NCBI GenBank assembly: GCA_030264375.1
Contig: JASCQW010000032.1
Span: 38,339,376 to 38,403,375, forward strand
Direction of reading: 5' to 3'
Length of the DNA: 64,000 nt
Source: Carcharhinus longimanus
Lineage: Eukaryota
The notes beneath the pieces were generated by a model, which saw nothing but the letters and a program-made list of their open reading frames with translations, did no database searches and was not told the DNA's origin. The number at the start of each line of letters is the position of its first letter. Position 1 is the stretch's first letter. The position numbers and the translations under genes are program-made. Below are positions 11,680 through 24,429 of this stretch, in pieces.

Positions 11680-12474
11680 GTAGTTTGAAGCACAATGAAA
11701 AATAACTTCACACATTTGTTATAAACATGTAACCTTTTTCTCTCATAATAAATTTCACTGTGAAATCCTCATGTAACAATTAAATATTGTTATATATCCT
11801 CTAGTTTTGCCACGTCTCCCTGTAGTGGTATCACTTAATTTCACTAGAATTTCTTTCTACTTATACCCCTTTGGGTTTGCCACTTCTCATTGGTCCCTTA
11901 GTTTCACACTTACTTCCCTTTTTTGATATCTTTTAGTTTCATCACTATTCCTCTGTGAAGTGTGCACCACCTTGCATGTACATGTCATGTAATTTTAGAC
12001 GGTTTGCTTAAAATGTATTGGTTATAAATGCATTAAAGTGTAGTGTGCATTTTTATTGTCAAAAGCAATGCCAGTTTATTTTGTAACTTAAATCTTTACA
12101 CATTGACTTTTAAGGTTGGAAAGTAAAGTTTCCTTTTTTAAACTTTCTGGAACAGAATCAGAGTGGACGAAGGTCCGATAATGGAAATCTCCAGTGATTG
12201 CTGGAATTTCCGATCTTGTCTGAGCGAGGCCGTAAAATCCTACCCGAACCCCTTATGTTTGCCTTGATTAACAAATCGACCAGCTTTTGAAAATAACAGT
12301 ATCTTTAAAACAAAATAAACTTCCAGGAAATTGTAAAGAAGAAATATGTTTTCAGATCTCAATGTGATAAATCAAAATGCAAGATGGTATTGCTTTTGAA
12401 AGTCATAGTTAATCTTGTGAAATTTAAGATTAGACTATGAAAGCCCTCGCAGACTTAGCCCTTGTTGTCTGCAG

Positions 12475-12765
12475 ATTGAAGTTGGCAAAAAGGCTGAAGC
12501 TGTGGCTAAAGTGTTGGCTGCTGTGGATCAAGCACGTACTAGACATCCTTTGTATGCTGAAGGAGTGCACACAGAAGAGACATCAATGGAGTATGAATAT
12601 GCACAGCGTGGTGTATGTCAAAGTGCCACTGAGTTTTCTGCTGAAAAACGAAAAGCCCCTGCTGAACAACAAGTTGTCACCACAACTGTCAGAAAAGGGA
12701 CAGTTATTGTGCCAACTGAAACACAAATTTCCTATGGCGAGCAAGCTGAAAAACACATTTCACAG
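12475..12765 (+). CDS. ttn: titin exon equivalent to human exon 14, Z-repeat 7
   Basis: IEVGKKAEAVAKVLAAVDQARTR...EETSMEYEY...KHISQ. Confidence 0.93.
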
Positions 12766-12921
12766 GTTAGACATCATTTAACTCGTAAAACAATGAGCTA
12801 ACATTAACAAAGATTCTGTTATTCATGATAACTGTGAAGAACATCATACCAGATTTTAAAAAAATTTTATTGGTACATTCTGAATTGAACATGATAATAA
12901 AGATTTTGTTGGTTGCTATAG

Positions 12922-13032
12922 ATTGAAAGAGCATCAGAATCCGCAGTACATCTGGACCACAAACTTGCCAGTACAATTCCTCACTTCACTGTTTCAAAAA
13001 TCACTGTAGCCAAACCAGAACCGACCCAAGAG
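12922..13032 (+). CDS. ttn: titin exon 15 (Zq region)
   Basis: ...IPHFTVSKITVAKPEPTQE; AG/GT. Confidence 0.92.
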
Positions 13033-15318
13033 GTAAGGGTGAAAATTCTATGTGGCAGGCAAATATAACATTTATAACATTAACCTTAAATAGACAGGAC
13101 TATAAAATGAGGTACTTGATCATAAAAGAAAACGATAGCTATAGAAATTAGGAAAGTAAAATCCATGTACTTTGTTTAACAAGACCGTTAGCAATTTTAG
13201 GGAAATACTTTTGTAATTCCCAACATGTAAACAAGGTCTGTGGATGTACCATGCAAGCAAATAAGACAAATGTATAAGTAAATATGAATACCTTCTAATG
13301 GAATAAGTCATGAGGATATTGATATTGGTAATGATTGACACCAGGGCTAAACACACTGAAGTGGAAATTCCATTAGATCCAATTTCAGGCCTGAAATGAA
13401 CGCCCCCAACTAGGAGGTCCCAGTTTAGACTTTAGAAATTAGTAGTGCTATTTCGGTGAATTGTTAGATCTTAGCATGCTTCTACAGATAACTTACCCTA
13501 TTTCAAAAAAGAATAGTTAGTTTTGGCAGGGGGGAGGGAGGGTGGCTGGGAAAGAAGGGTTAGAATGACAATAGAAGATTACTTACACTGTGGAGTCAGA
13601 AGGGTACTCCTGCGTCTCCTCGCTCAACAGGAACTCATACTTTACATTTTATTTGAAAATAATTTTTTTGTTGGCGACCAGAATCCAGTGTGGTGCTGGC
13701 TTAGCTCCAGCTTCACATAATTTCCATGACGGGCCTAAAACAGATGTTTGACTCCTCATTTAAATGTTTAAGGGACCTAATTATTGTCTTAGGTATCATC
13801 CTAATGATTAAGACCCAACCCAATATTATGGCATACATCTTTCAGGCATATCTTGGGTGCTAGATTTCTTCCTTGAAATTAGCCCTTTTGCTTGTTTTCA
13901 GCTCTAATGTTTACCCCACTGCTCTTACAGCACATGTCATGGTAAAACATACAAACAAAGCATAAATAGTGGATATTGCTATCATTTATATTATGGAAAA
14001 CATTTTTATACTCAAGTCATTTGAAATATTATAGAAATCAGATACATATACTGTAATTAACGAGGAAGCATGCAGAGCCTAATTTAACTGAGATGGCAGA
14101 TATCATATCTCAAGGTACTTTTGACATGTATTAAGCAACTTGCATTTGTGATTCCTATTACTTTGCCATACAGTATAATCATTTTTTTAAGTTTATGAAT
14201 GATTTAAAAAGCTTTTTCTATAAATGGCCCAGAATTTGCTTGGAAAGTAATGGCAATTTTAATATGCTTGCAGTTATTGGTGTAATCTATTATTTATGGT
14301 GCGGAAGAGATAGCAAGTTGTGAATCACTACAAATTGTTGAATAATTTGCACTGCTCAACCAATAACCTTGTGAAAATGGGATCTATCCCATGAGCCTCC
14401 CTGTGAGTTTCAGGAAAGTGCTGCATTTGCACCATCAAACGAATTAATTTCACTGCAGGAAGTTAGGGCTGACACAGAATGATGTAAGAACCCTTTTCAT
14501 TTCAATGTTTAATTTCCTGCAATGCCACTCAACCATTCCAGGCCAGAAAAGTAACAATTGAGACAGATTATAAATTGCTCCTGGAGGTTTTTAAAACTTT
14601 TAAGTGTTACATTTTAAAAATTATTCTTGTTTTCCCTTTCCATTCCTTTCAGTCTCTGTCAATCTAATTTTTATCTCCATTTTGTATTTAATTTGGTGTA
14701 ATTCACACCATTTCTTTTTCCACCATGAGCTCTGTTTCCTTCTGCCCTTGATTAAGGAAATAGAGTGTTGGTCCTAATGTCCAGTAAGCTCTCAGATACC
14801 TGTCAATTTGGTGTCTCAACATTATCAATTTGCATTTCCAGCACTTTGTAAGGCAAAATACTTTTGGGCTGAAGGATTGGAAAAAATATACAATAATGGG
14901 CACACCATGAGATGTTATGCACCAGCAAATTCTGGGCCAAATTGCAATTTAGTTTTATTTGTTTGTCATTCATTTTACATTCTCACAAGTACAGCTTTTT
15001 ATCTTCATCATTTATACTAATAGCTTAATTTTTTAACAGTTGTAGCAAATTAACTGAAGACCTTGGAACCTAACCCTTCATGTTGTAGGAGGCTGTTTGG
15101 TCGCACCTTTCACCTTACCTCAATGTTTTCTAAACCATGAGTTCCTTTCTTCCTATTGACCATTTTGTTTTCATTCTCATACAACATTTTCCAAAAAAAA
15201 ATCCATCTAATTTAGCTAACCTAATAATCAATCCATCCCTGCCTGTCATGTGACCAATCATTAAAACAATCAAAGTAATTTGTAAAAAATGTAACTTTAT
15301 TCTTCTTGGCCTGGTTAG

Positions 15319-15603
15319 GTTTCTATAGCAGGAACTGCCATTGTTACTCTGGAAAAAGAGTTGTCTGCGTCTTCTGCTGTGAAGGTTACCAAGCCAGTGA
15401 AACCTCCCGTGTTAAAAGAGGCCAGAATTGTGACAGAGGAGAGTGTCTCTCCCCAGCCTCGTTTTAGAGAAAGAACAGATGTGTATGAAACACGGTTTGA
15501 TACCGAGGTGCACAGGCATCTAGGTTTAAGTGTTTCAGGCTCACTTGAAGCTGATTTTGATGTTGAACACGAGGAAGATCAATATGAAGCAGAAGATGAG
15601 CAG
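15319..15603 (+). CDS. ttn: titin exon 16
   Basis: VSIAGTAIVTLEKELSASSAVKVTKPVKPP. Confidence 0.92.
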
Positions 15604-16201
15604 GTTTGTTAATTACCCAGTAGTGTGCCCTAAATACGCTAACTTTGTGTGTTCCCTACAAATTAACAGCAGTAAATAGTGCAAAACATTTTGTTCCTGA
15701 TCAAAAGCACAGCTAACATTTTTACCTTGCCCCTCTCTCATCTGAAACTGCTCAGTTCAGCGTAACACCTTAACTCCTTTTGTTGTGAGAATGAGAACTC
15801 AATGGTGTGACAGCTTGACAGTCTTCTGCAGGAAGCTTGTTCCCACATTTTTGTTTGATGTGTGACACTCCCCAAAACTTAATACAAAAGCATAATACTG
15901 TGGTTGCTGGAAATCTAAAATAAAAACAGAAACTGCTGGAAATCAGGTCGGGCAACAGTCAGAGGGAGAGAAAAGAATTAATGTTTCAGGATGATGGCTT
16001 TTAGTCAGAACCAGGAAAGTTAGCGATGTAACAGATGAAGAGGTAAGGAAAAGGGGTGAATGGAAGAACAAAGTGGGAGAACATAATCATGTAGATGGCA
16101 TGCAGATTAAATGCCAAAAGCAAAAGTGAATTCCTGTAAATTTGTTTGACTAGTTGTTAAATATGGTGTCATTGGTTGCTCACTATACTTTGTTTTTTCA
16201 G

Positions 16202-16264
16202 ATCACAGAACCTGTTGCTCCAATTCCAACAATAGTTCCACTTACTGCACCAAGTTTTGTGTCA
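16202..16264 (+). CDS. ttn: titin exon 17
   Basis: ITEPVAPIPTIVPLTAPSFVS; donor gtaagt. Confidence 0.88.
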
Positions 16265-16372
16265 GTAAGTAATTAATTCACATGAAACCACATTTTAATG
16301 GATCATTTGTACATTGTAGTCTTTACATTTGCTTCATTTCCAGCAATTTAATTTTACTGTAATTTTTTGTAG

Positions 16373-16631
16373 GGCTTGAAAAATGTCACTGTAATAGAAG
16401 GCGAATCTGTAACCCTGTCATGTGAAATCGCAGGACATCCAACTCCAACCGTGATGTGGTTTAGAGAAGATTATCACATTGAAAGTTCCATTGATTTCCA
16501 TATAACCTTTGAAAAAGGCATTGCTAGTATAACAATTAGGGAAGCCTTTGCAGAGGATAGCGGTCGCTTTACATGTACTGCCACCAATGATGCTGGTACT
16601 GCTAGTAGTTCATGTTATCTTCTTGTTCAAG
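16373..16631 (+). CDS. ttn: titin exon 18, Ig Z3
   Basis: GLKNVTVIEGESVTLSC...DSGRFTC...YLLVQ. Confidence 0.96.
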
Positions 16632-16727
16632 GTGTGTATTTTAGCAGAATTAACAAAGGTGATTAAAATTTGAGAAACAATTATTGTAAGGCACCATTAA
16701 AATAATTTATTATTTGTACTTCTTTAG

Positions 16728-16797
16728 TGTCAGAAGAGATTGAGAGCAGAGAAGAAGCCATTGCAGTATCAGAGCCAGCTGTCATTGAAAAGAAACG
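16728..16797 (+). CDS. ttn: titin exon 19
   Basis: VSEEIESREEAIAVSEPAVIEKKR; phase 1-2 bridges neighbours. Confidence 0.88.
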
Positions 16798-17031
16798 GTA
16801 TTTAAAGTCTTTAGATATTCCTGTTAAAAACAATTAATCAAACTTATTGATTTTTTATTTCTGATGTTTTGCTTTTTTATTCCGGATTAGGATATTCTTT
16901 GACCTTTGCTCTGTGTATTATATGGGGAGTAGCATAAATAATATAAGGATATATGACAACACATGTTAAAGCGAAGTCATCCATGATGATCTGTCAAATC
17001 AAAACCAGTCTCATTATTTGTTTCTTACTAG

Positions 17032-17244
17032 AGTTGAAGTGAAAGTTGAAACTTTATCAGGAGCAAGTACTACCCCTGAGTCAGTGGAAGATGGCGCAGG
17101 AGTTGCTCCTTTCTTCATTAGGAAGCCAATTGTACAGAAACTAATTGAAGGTGGAAGTGTCGTTTTTGATTGTCAGATTGGAGGCACGCCTAAACCTCAT
17201 GTTTACTGGAAAAAAGCTGGAATTCCATTAACGACTGGATACAG
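17032..17244 (+). CDS. ttn: titin exon 20, Ig Z4 N-half
   Basis: APFFIRKPIVQKLIEGGSVVFDCQIGG...PLTTGYR. Confidence 0.95.
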
Positions 17245-17744
17245 GTATAATATTCTATTAAAAGACACTTGAATCCTCATGTTAAGGCAATTAAGACAGC
17301 CAACTAAAATCACTTTCCATTGTTTTATTGAAATATTGACTGAACTTAAAATAACACAGTTGCATAACAAAAAGCTATTGCATTTAATAATTTAAAAAAT
17401 GATTCTGTGTTTGGGAAAGTGTAACTTAGAGTTAGGGTTAGAATAGTGTCACCTCTGAATTGTGCTCACTTTGAGTATGAATTTGAAAATTTAGTGTTTA
17501 TGCAGCCCTGTACATGTTCCTTAGGAACCAGACACAATTAATGAATGAATGGCATGTCGGTGTCAAGCTATTTATGTACTGGGATAGGTTTTAGAAAGCC
17601 AACAAGTTATTCTAACATAAAGGTACAAATGCACTGTCCTACTGCACTGGTCGATCAGCATGGCGAGCCAGGAAGAGGCCAAAAAGCCGAACACTATTTT
17701 CCCGGCCCTGTTTTGCCAGCGGGATTGGCTTTGCGTCCAGAAAA

Positions 17745-17985
17745 GGTGGCATAGTGGCAGAGTGGTTAGCACTGTTACCTCACAGCGCCAGGGATCCGGG
17801 TTCAATTTTGGCTCTGGGTGACTGTCTACGTGGAGTTTGCAAATTCTCCCCATGTCTGTGTGACTTTCCTCCAGGTGCTCCGGTTTCCTCCCATAGTCCC
17901 AAGGTGTACAGGTTAGGTGGATTGGCCATGGTGAATGTATGGGGTTACAGTGGTAGGGTAAGTAAGATATTCTGTCAGAGAGTAC
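17745..17985 (+). mobile_element. HE1-like SINE nested in a short MITE-like element
   Basis: tggcagagtggttagcactgttacctcacagcgccaggga head and core. Confidence 0.8.
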
Positions 17986-18160
17986 TGCAGGGGATCAGGC
18001 AAGCCAGCCAAAAGTCCATTGATTTTTGATGGGACCAAAGATCCCAGCAGTGGACAGGGCTGGAAAACCCCTTTAAAAAACATAGCTTTTATATGGGCAA
18101 TGGAAATAATGTCTTGATGTGTTTATGTTGTTCAAGTATAGTTAATGCTGCACCCAGAAA

Positions 18161-18426
18161 GGTGGCATGGTGGCGTAGTGATTAGCACTGCTGCCTCACT
18201 GCACCAATGACCAGGGTTCAATTCCAGCCTTGGGCGGCTTTTGCTCTTTATCCCCGTGTCTGCGGGGGGTTTCCTTCCACATTACAAAGATGTGCGGGTT
18301 AGGTAGAGTGGCCATGATAAATTGTCCCTTACCGTCAGGGTTACAGGAATAGGGCTTGGGTGGGATTGTTGTCAGCGCAGGCTTGATCCACTGAATGATG
18401 CCCTTCTGCACTGCAATGATTCTAAT
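18161..18426 (+). mobile_element. HE1-like SINE (internally deleted)
   Basis: Head and tail match 6641-6956. Confidence 0.8.
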
Positions 18427-18931
18427 CACATGTTCGAGTGTAAGTTAAATGTTGCATGGGACACGATGCTTCCTGCTAACTTTCAGCATTTACAGCTTTG
18501 TGCTTCATTCTCACTTGGGTTCCTGCATTCATGGGATCAGTGAAGGTCAGGTCAAGAGGGCAAAGTTAGATGCAGTACTTTGGAAAGTAAAATTAATCTT
18601 CTGGGATTTCACCAGATTTACCTTTAAAGGCAGGGGGTCCTTTTGTAGAATACAAAAACAAAATACTGCAGATGCTGGAAATGTGGAATAAGAACAGAAA
18701 ATGTTAGAAATATTCAGCATATCTGTCAGCATCTGTAGAGAGAGTTATAAAATGTTGCGAGTCACTGAATATTCCTCACAGGAGCAGGTGATTGACTGGG
18801 CTGGGTACACTCTTTGGAAGGAATGAGTGTAACAGTCTTTTCTTGTTTCATGTTTCTTTCATGTTCATCAAGATTTTTCTTCCTTCTAATTTTTTGAGGT
18901 TTTGTGCTTTATGTATTTCTTTCCTCACTAG

Positions 18932-19074
18932 GTACAAGGTGAGCTATGACAAGGAAATGGGAGAATGCAAACTGGTGATTTCCATGACTTTTGCAGATGA
19001 TGCAGGTGAATACTCCATTGTTGTTCGGAACCAACATGGAGAAATTTCTGCATCAACTCAACTGCTGGAGGAAG
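18932..19074 (+). CDS. ttn: titin exon 21, Ig Z4 C-half
   Basis: YKVSYDKEMGECKLVISMTFADDAGEY. Confidence 0.95.
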
Positions 19075-19789
19075 GTATGGAGCCTTTAAAATAACAGTTA
19101 GAATGACTTAATTTTCTGCAACAATTAAATCTGCCTTATTGAGGTACTGTGATAAAATTATTTTTGAAATTAAAACCTCTTTGTTTAGGTAATGATTAAA
19201 TAATTTGCTTTAGTTGAATTAGCTTTCAAATTTTGGTTACTGTCTGCGGTTATAATTGTAATACGTACATAGGATAATATTTTACAGCATAGAAAGGGAG
19301 TGTTTAGCCGATCACATTATCTGCAATATCTATCTAATTTCTATGCCCTTACTCACTATTTTCTTTTTTGGATGCTTATCCCTTATCATTTCAAAAGTCC
19401 ATTATCTGTTCTGCTCCTATCACTATTTCTGCTTGAAACTTCCATAGGCTAACAACCCTCTGTCAAAAAAAATTCTAATCTCTCGTTACATGTTTTGTTC
19501 TTTCAAAGAGCTAGCACAGGAGTGAAGGGGCAAATGGCTTCTTTCTGTGCACCATGATTCTGTCGCCATAAAAATTGGACCAGTAGTGCCCTGTGTTTTG
19601 GTACTATGGGTACTCTTTGGGGTACAAAATAGCACTTGTGGCACAACTGCCTGGTTTTAGGGTGAGTCACACCAAGTACCATAGCAGAGATTCGGTGAAT
19701 AGTTTCTGGAAGTAAGCCAGCAGTGCCTTTTTGGAGCTCAACACTCCAGCTAACGCACGAACATTGCTTTGTATGTGCCACATGCCAAC

Positions 19790-20190
19790 TTTGCCCTGCA
19801 CCACAACTGAAAAGGATTCCATTTTGTCAGTTTCCAGCTGGTGTAAGAGCAGAGGCAGAGAATCACGCAAGTCGATGTCTATGTTGTGGCAGCAGTTATC
19901 ATGCCTTCANNNTGCATCGCTCACTGTGCCAGCTACATTTGGGTCAACACAATAAATCAAAAGGTGGCATCTAGATAACAAGGGTTATCTGCTGACCACA
20001 TGGCTGATGTCACTGGTGCACAACCCACATGTGCAGTGTACATACAATGAAAGCCATGCTGCAACACTAAATGTGATATAGCAAATGATTGGTGTGCAGG
20101 AACAATACTTCTGCTGCCTCAACCACAATAGAGGAACCGGCAGTAATAGACAGAGCTTTGTCATGATCTGTTGCTTGCTGCACAATAACA
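19790..20190 (+). mobile_element. decayed PIF/Harbinger transposase (HARBI1-like) fragment
   Basis: Broken frames give N*KGFHFVSFQLV, DNKGYLLTTWLMS, YNESHAATLNVI*QMIGV, MICCLLHN. Confidence 0.8.
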
Positions 20191-20947
20191 AAATCAAGAG
20201 GATACAGTCCTTGCCATTGACTATATAACAAACAGATCAGGCGCAGGAAGAACAGAAACAGAGGAGGAAACACAGATAGCCTTTTTCCTGCTGGGCATCT
20301 TTGTGCAATATCAGTACACAACCCCAACTATCTGTTTGACCTAAAAGAACCCCACCCCAATTATCTGTTCATCAACAATCCCACAATTTCCCTTCTCTCT
20401 GTCACTGACTATCACAGCATCCACTTAGCTGCAATGTAAAAATGAAAGCCCACAGAAAATAAACACTCCGAGCTGAATGTACAAATCACATTACTTCATG
20501 TAACGTACAGAGGTCAGCTAATCATTCTTGGTCATTCTCTTGGAGCCTGTTTCAAGTGTGCCTTTGCCCCTGTGAGTGTTCCCGTGCAGTGTTATCCCAG
20601 TGACTGCTGAATGTTGTTGGAGAAGATTGCAGGTGGCTTCAAGCAGCTTTTAGCCTGGAAGGCCCAGACGCGGATAGCACAATCTCAGCACGGGTGGCAG
20701 CAGTCTTGGCTGGTTGCCTGTAGGAAGTAGTTTGGCTACTGGGTTAGGTGTGAGAATCAGTGCTGACCTCTTGAGCGAGGACAGCAGTTTTGGATTTTGT
20801 GGAGCATTTCAACTTCTTTCAGCATTTTATCTTATTTAGTGTAGTATTTCATCCTCTCAATTATCTCACATTAAATGTCATTCAGTAACTATTCGCTCAA
20901 ATTGCAATCTGAAATTGCTAAGTGTCCTTTTTCATTTTTAAGCATAG

Positions 20948-21123
20948 TAAGAAGTCTCATACCAGCAGATTAAAATCCAATAGATTAATTTGGAATCACT
21001 CACTTATGAGGGAGCAGCTCTCCAAAAACTCATGATTCCAAATAAACCTGTTGGACTTTAACATGGTGTTGTGAGACTTTTTACTGTGCTCACCCCAGTC
21101 CAATGCCAGCATCTCCACATCAT
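20948..21123. mobile_element. Penelope-like palindromic short element; same family as 49281-49442
   Basis: gtaagaagtctca ... tgagactttttac inverted arms; aataaacctgttggacttta. Confidence 0.65.
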
Positions 21124-21370
21124 TGCTGAGCATGGTTCCGACTTTGCTGTTGTTTGCAAATTTTCATGTGCCTCTTTCATGCAAGTCTATCTGCTCGAGA
21201 TGAGAGCAATGATCTTAATACTGATTTCAGAGGGACACCACAGTTCATATCGCTCCAGTCTGAGTAGAAGATAACTTAAATGCCATATTTGTTTAACTTT
21301 TTGTATTGATTTACCATTTTAATAACTCAAAAGAGTTTGTTGTTCTAATTCTGGTGCAATTTCTTCTTAG

Positions 21371-21567
21371 CTGATTATGAGCTTTACATGAAGGAACACC
21401 AAGTGGTGACAGAGCGAACAGAATTAATAACAGAATATGTCCAAGAACCCAAAGCTGCAGATGTAGCACCAATGTTTTTAATGACTGAGTATGAAAAAGA
21501 ACAAGCACTAATCAGGAAGAAAATGGGTAAAAGCGAAGCCATGATGAAAACTATGACGGAAGAACAT
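21371..21567 (+). CDS. ttn: titin exon 22
   Basis: ADYELYMKE...EYEKEQALIRKKM. Confidence 0.93.
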
Positions 21568-23144
21568 GTAAGATTCCTCTTAAAATTCGTTAACGTTTCT
21601 TGAGAAATATCAGAAATGCATTGTGAAATTATAACATTTGTTTTAGAATGTGCAGAGGTAATGTATGTTATAAGTGTTGTGGCTTAACTAAGCAGTTTTG
21701 CAATTACAGTAGAACATAATTTGCATGATTATTGTTCACCTTTGGATAAAATCATCTTGGCAGCCAATATTCTATCCATGCAGAGATTTGCTAAAGTGCA
21801 AAAGAAATGGATGGACGAATAGAACAATAACTCATATTTACATATCATCTTTAGTATGGCTCCTTCACAGGAGCATTATAAACAAAATATAAGATAAAAA
21901 AAGATATTTGGTCAAAAAACAAAAGCATGGTCAAAGAGAAGCATCTTCAACGTGCCATCTGGCACTGAATAGTATTGAACAGAGAATGGGATAGTCAGTA
22001 TCATAATATTCTCATTTTTCCACATGAAATAAGTTTGATCATAAATGCAAAATTTTCACACATACTAATGCACATTATTCATTTTTGAATGTTAATTGTG
22101 TGAGGAAAGGGGTATGCGCAAGGCTGAAGGTTTACGAAGGGCACGTAATATCCATACCAGCTCTGAAAATGATAGGGGGTGATCTTACTGGCTTGTCCCA
22201 CCGGTTGACCAAGCCGGTAAGATCAGGCAAAATGCAAAAATTGTGTCCACACCCAGTTTCTTGCATCTTGCAATGTTACTGGCATTGAATTGCTGATGAA
22301 ATCAGCTTCGCACCCTCATTGTACCCATCAATGGGGACCTGATGTGATAGTCTTGCTGGTGGGACTGAAGCTCCAGGGTGGTTGAGGCAGGGCCAAACTG
22401 TACCCTTTGGGCAGTGCCAGCCTGGCGCCTTGGCACTGTCAGCATTTAGGCAGTGCCAAAGGACTGGATCTGAGGGAGGGTGGGCAAGGCCTGAAGGGGG
22501 CAGGTCCATGTGGCGGGGAGGCAAGATGGGGTCAGTTCCATAGGGGTGGAGGGAAGGGTGGGGATTGGCATCAACTGGATTGGAATCTGCTAGGGCAACA
22601 GTCAGGGAGGGGGTGGGTTGGGGGTTGGGGTGGGGATCGACATTACCCAGGGTGGTGATAGGTGAGAAGGTGGAGTCTGGATTGATTGTGTGGCGATTGG
22701 GCGGGGATTGGCATTAGCAAGAGTGGCAGTTGCGGGATATATTGAGTCGGCATTGGCTGGGGCGGTGCTCGGCAGGGGGAGGGGTGGTGCACTAGGAGTG
22801 CACTGGGAGATCAGGGTGTCTGCGTAATGGTGCCCCTAGAGCTCATCAGCCAAGTTCCTGGTGAAAATAGGCCCTGCTCTCTTCCCATGTGGCGTGAATC
22901 ACATCTGGGCTTTTTTTTTCCTTACTGCCATACAATTGCATCTGGGAACTCCCCACAAAAATTGTCATGATTTTCTCTCAATGTCCTGTTAAAGAATGCT
23001 GCAAATATCGTGCTGTATTCCATTAGTAAATGGAATTCCCCATTAACTACATTTCTGATTAACTGGCATTACCCTGCATGTAAAGATTTTGCTGTATTTT
23101 GATCTATTGCTCATTGCCATATAACATCTGTTTGCTTTCTTTAG

Positions 23145-23375
23145 GAATACCATATTTCTTCATTTGAAGAAAGACTTATCAAAGAAATTGAATTGCGAAT
23201 CATCAGAATCACTTTGGAAGAGCTTCTTGAAGAGGATGGTGAAGAAATGGTGTTGGATTTTCCTGAAGATGAATCTATTGCACCAGGATTTGATTCGACA
23301 CTGAAAAGCTTTAGAGTCCTTGATGGAATGGGCGTTACTTTCCATTGTAAAGTAGCTGGTTATCCATTACCCAAG
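23145..23375 (+). CDS. ttn: titin exon 23, Ig Z5 N-part
   Basis: EYHISSFEERLIKEIELRII...GMGVTFHCKVAGYPLPK. Confidence 0.95.
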
Positions 23376-23575
23376 GTAACCTATTTTTTGCATTGGGAAC
23401 CACATTTGCCATGAAGAATGTTTGAGATGAAATTTTTTCTAGTTAGATATAATAGTTAATGTGAACAGCTGAAAGTATGTATCGTACAATCTAAAATGCT
23501 TTTGTAAACTTTTCTTTTGGGAGATTTTTAAATGACCTAATGCGTCTTCGTAATATATGTTTCATATTTTCATAG

Positions 23576-23820
23576 GTTGTATGGTTCAAAGACGGTAAGC
23601 GTCTGAAACATAACGATCACTACCAGATGGATATTTCTCAGGATGGTAGAGCTAATCTGCGTATTCCAAAAGTTTTACCAGAAGATGAGGGCATCTACAC
23701 AGTGTTTGCCAGCAATGTCAAGGGAAATGCTATTTGCTCTGGAAAGCTGTTTATTGAACCCATTGGTGCTCCAGCAAGCCATACTTATTTACAAACAACA
23801 GAAATAATGAGGAGAATGCG
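23576..23820 (+). CDS. ttn: titin exon 24, Ig Z5 C-part
   Basis: VVWFKDGKR...LPEDEGIYTVFASNVKGNAICSGKL. Confidence 0.95.
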
Positions 23821-23974
23821 GTACTATTTATTAGACACTATTATTTCGTTCTAATTTTATGTTATGCTTCACATTCAGAAGCATTCAGAAAATTTAAAAA
23901 TTAATCAGCTAATGATTTCAAAATAGAAATTATAACATTAATGATAATGTTAAATCCATTTTCCCTTTCTTCAG

Positions 23975-24171
23975 TTCTGTGTCTCCTCGATCTCCAAGTC
24001 GTTCACCTGCTCGTAGATTGGAAGATACTGATGAGACTCAACTAGAGAGACTGTACAAACCAGTTTTTGTTCTGAAACCTACATCGTTTAAGTGTTCTGA
24101 GGGACAGACAGCTAGATTTGACCTAAAGGTTGTTGGTAGACCCATGCCTGAGACATTATGGTTCCACAATG
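23975..24171 (+). CDS. ttn: titin exon 25 (SP motif + Ig Z6 N-half)
   Basis: SVSPRSPSRSPARRLEDTDETQLERLYKPVF...WFHN. Confidence 0.95.
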
Positions 24172-24264
24172 GTAAGAATTATATTTTGTCACATCGCGTA
24201 TTCAAGTGTGTACAAATAATACGGGAAAATGAGATATCTGATTTAATATCCACTTATGTTACAG

Positions 24265-24429
24265 GTCGTCAAATTGTGAATGATTACACTCACAAAATTG
24301 TTGTAAAGGAAGACGGGATTCAATCCCTGATCATTGTTCCTGCTCTGCCAAATGATTCTGGTGAATGGACTGTTGTGGCACAAAACAGAGCTGGCAAAAG
24401 CTCTGTTTCCATGACACTCTCTGTCGAAG
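24265..24429 (+). CDS. ttn: titin exon 26, Ig Z6 C-half
   Basis: RQIVNDYTHKIVVKEDG...DSGEWTVVAQNRAG. Confidence 0.95.

Noticed and set aside
11680-12474. Hidden Z-repeat exons
   Set aside because: The only purine-rich stretch (~12150-12245) belongs to the dispersed short repeat family
19500-20800. Functional HARBI1-like nested gene
   Set aside because: Multiple stops and frameshifts; transposon fossil
22176-22990. G-rich, G-quadruplex-like tract
   Set aside because: Appears to be the interior of a repeat; similar tggcact/agtgcca-containing GC tracts occur at ~36080-36750 and ~43700-44270
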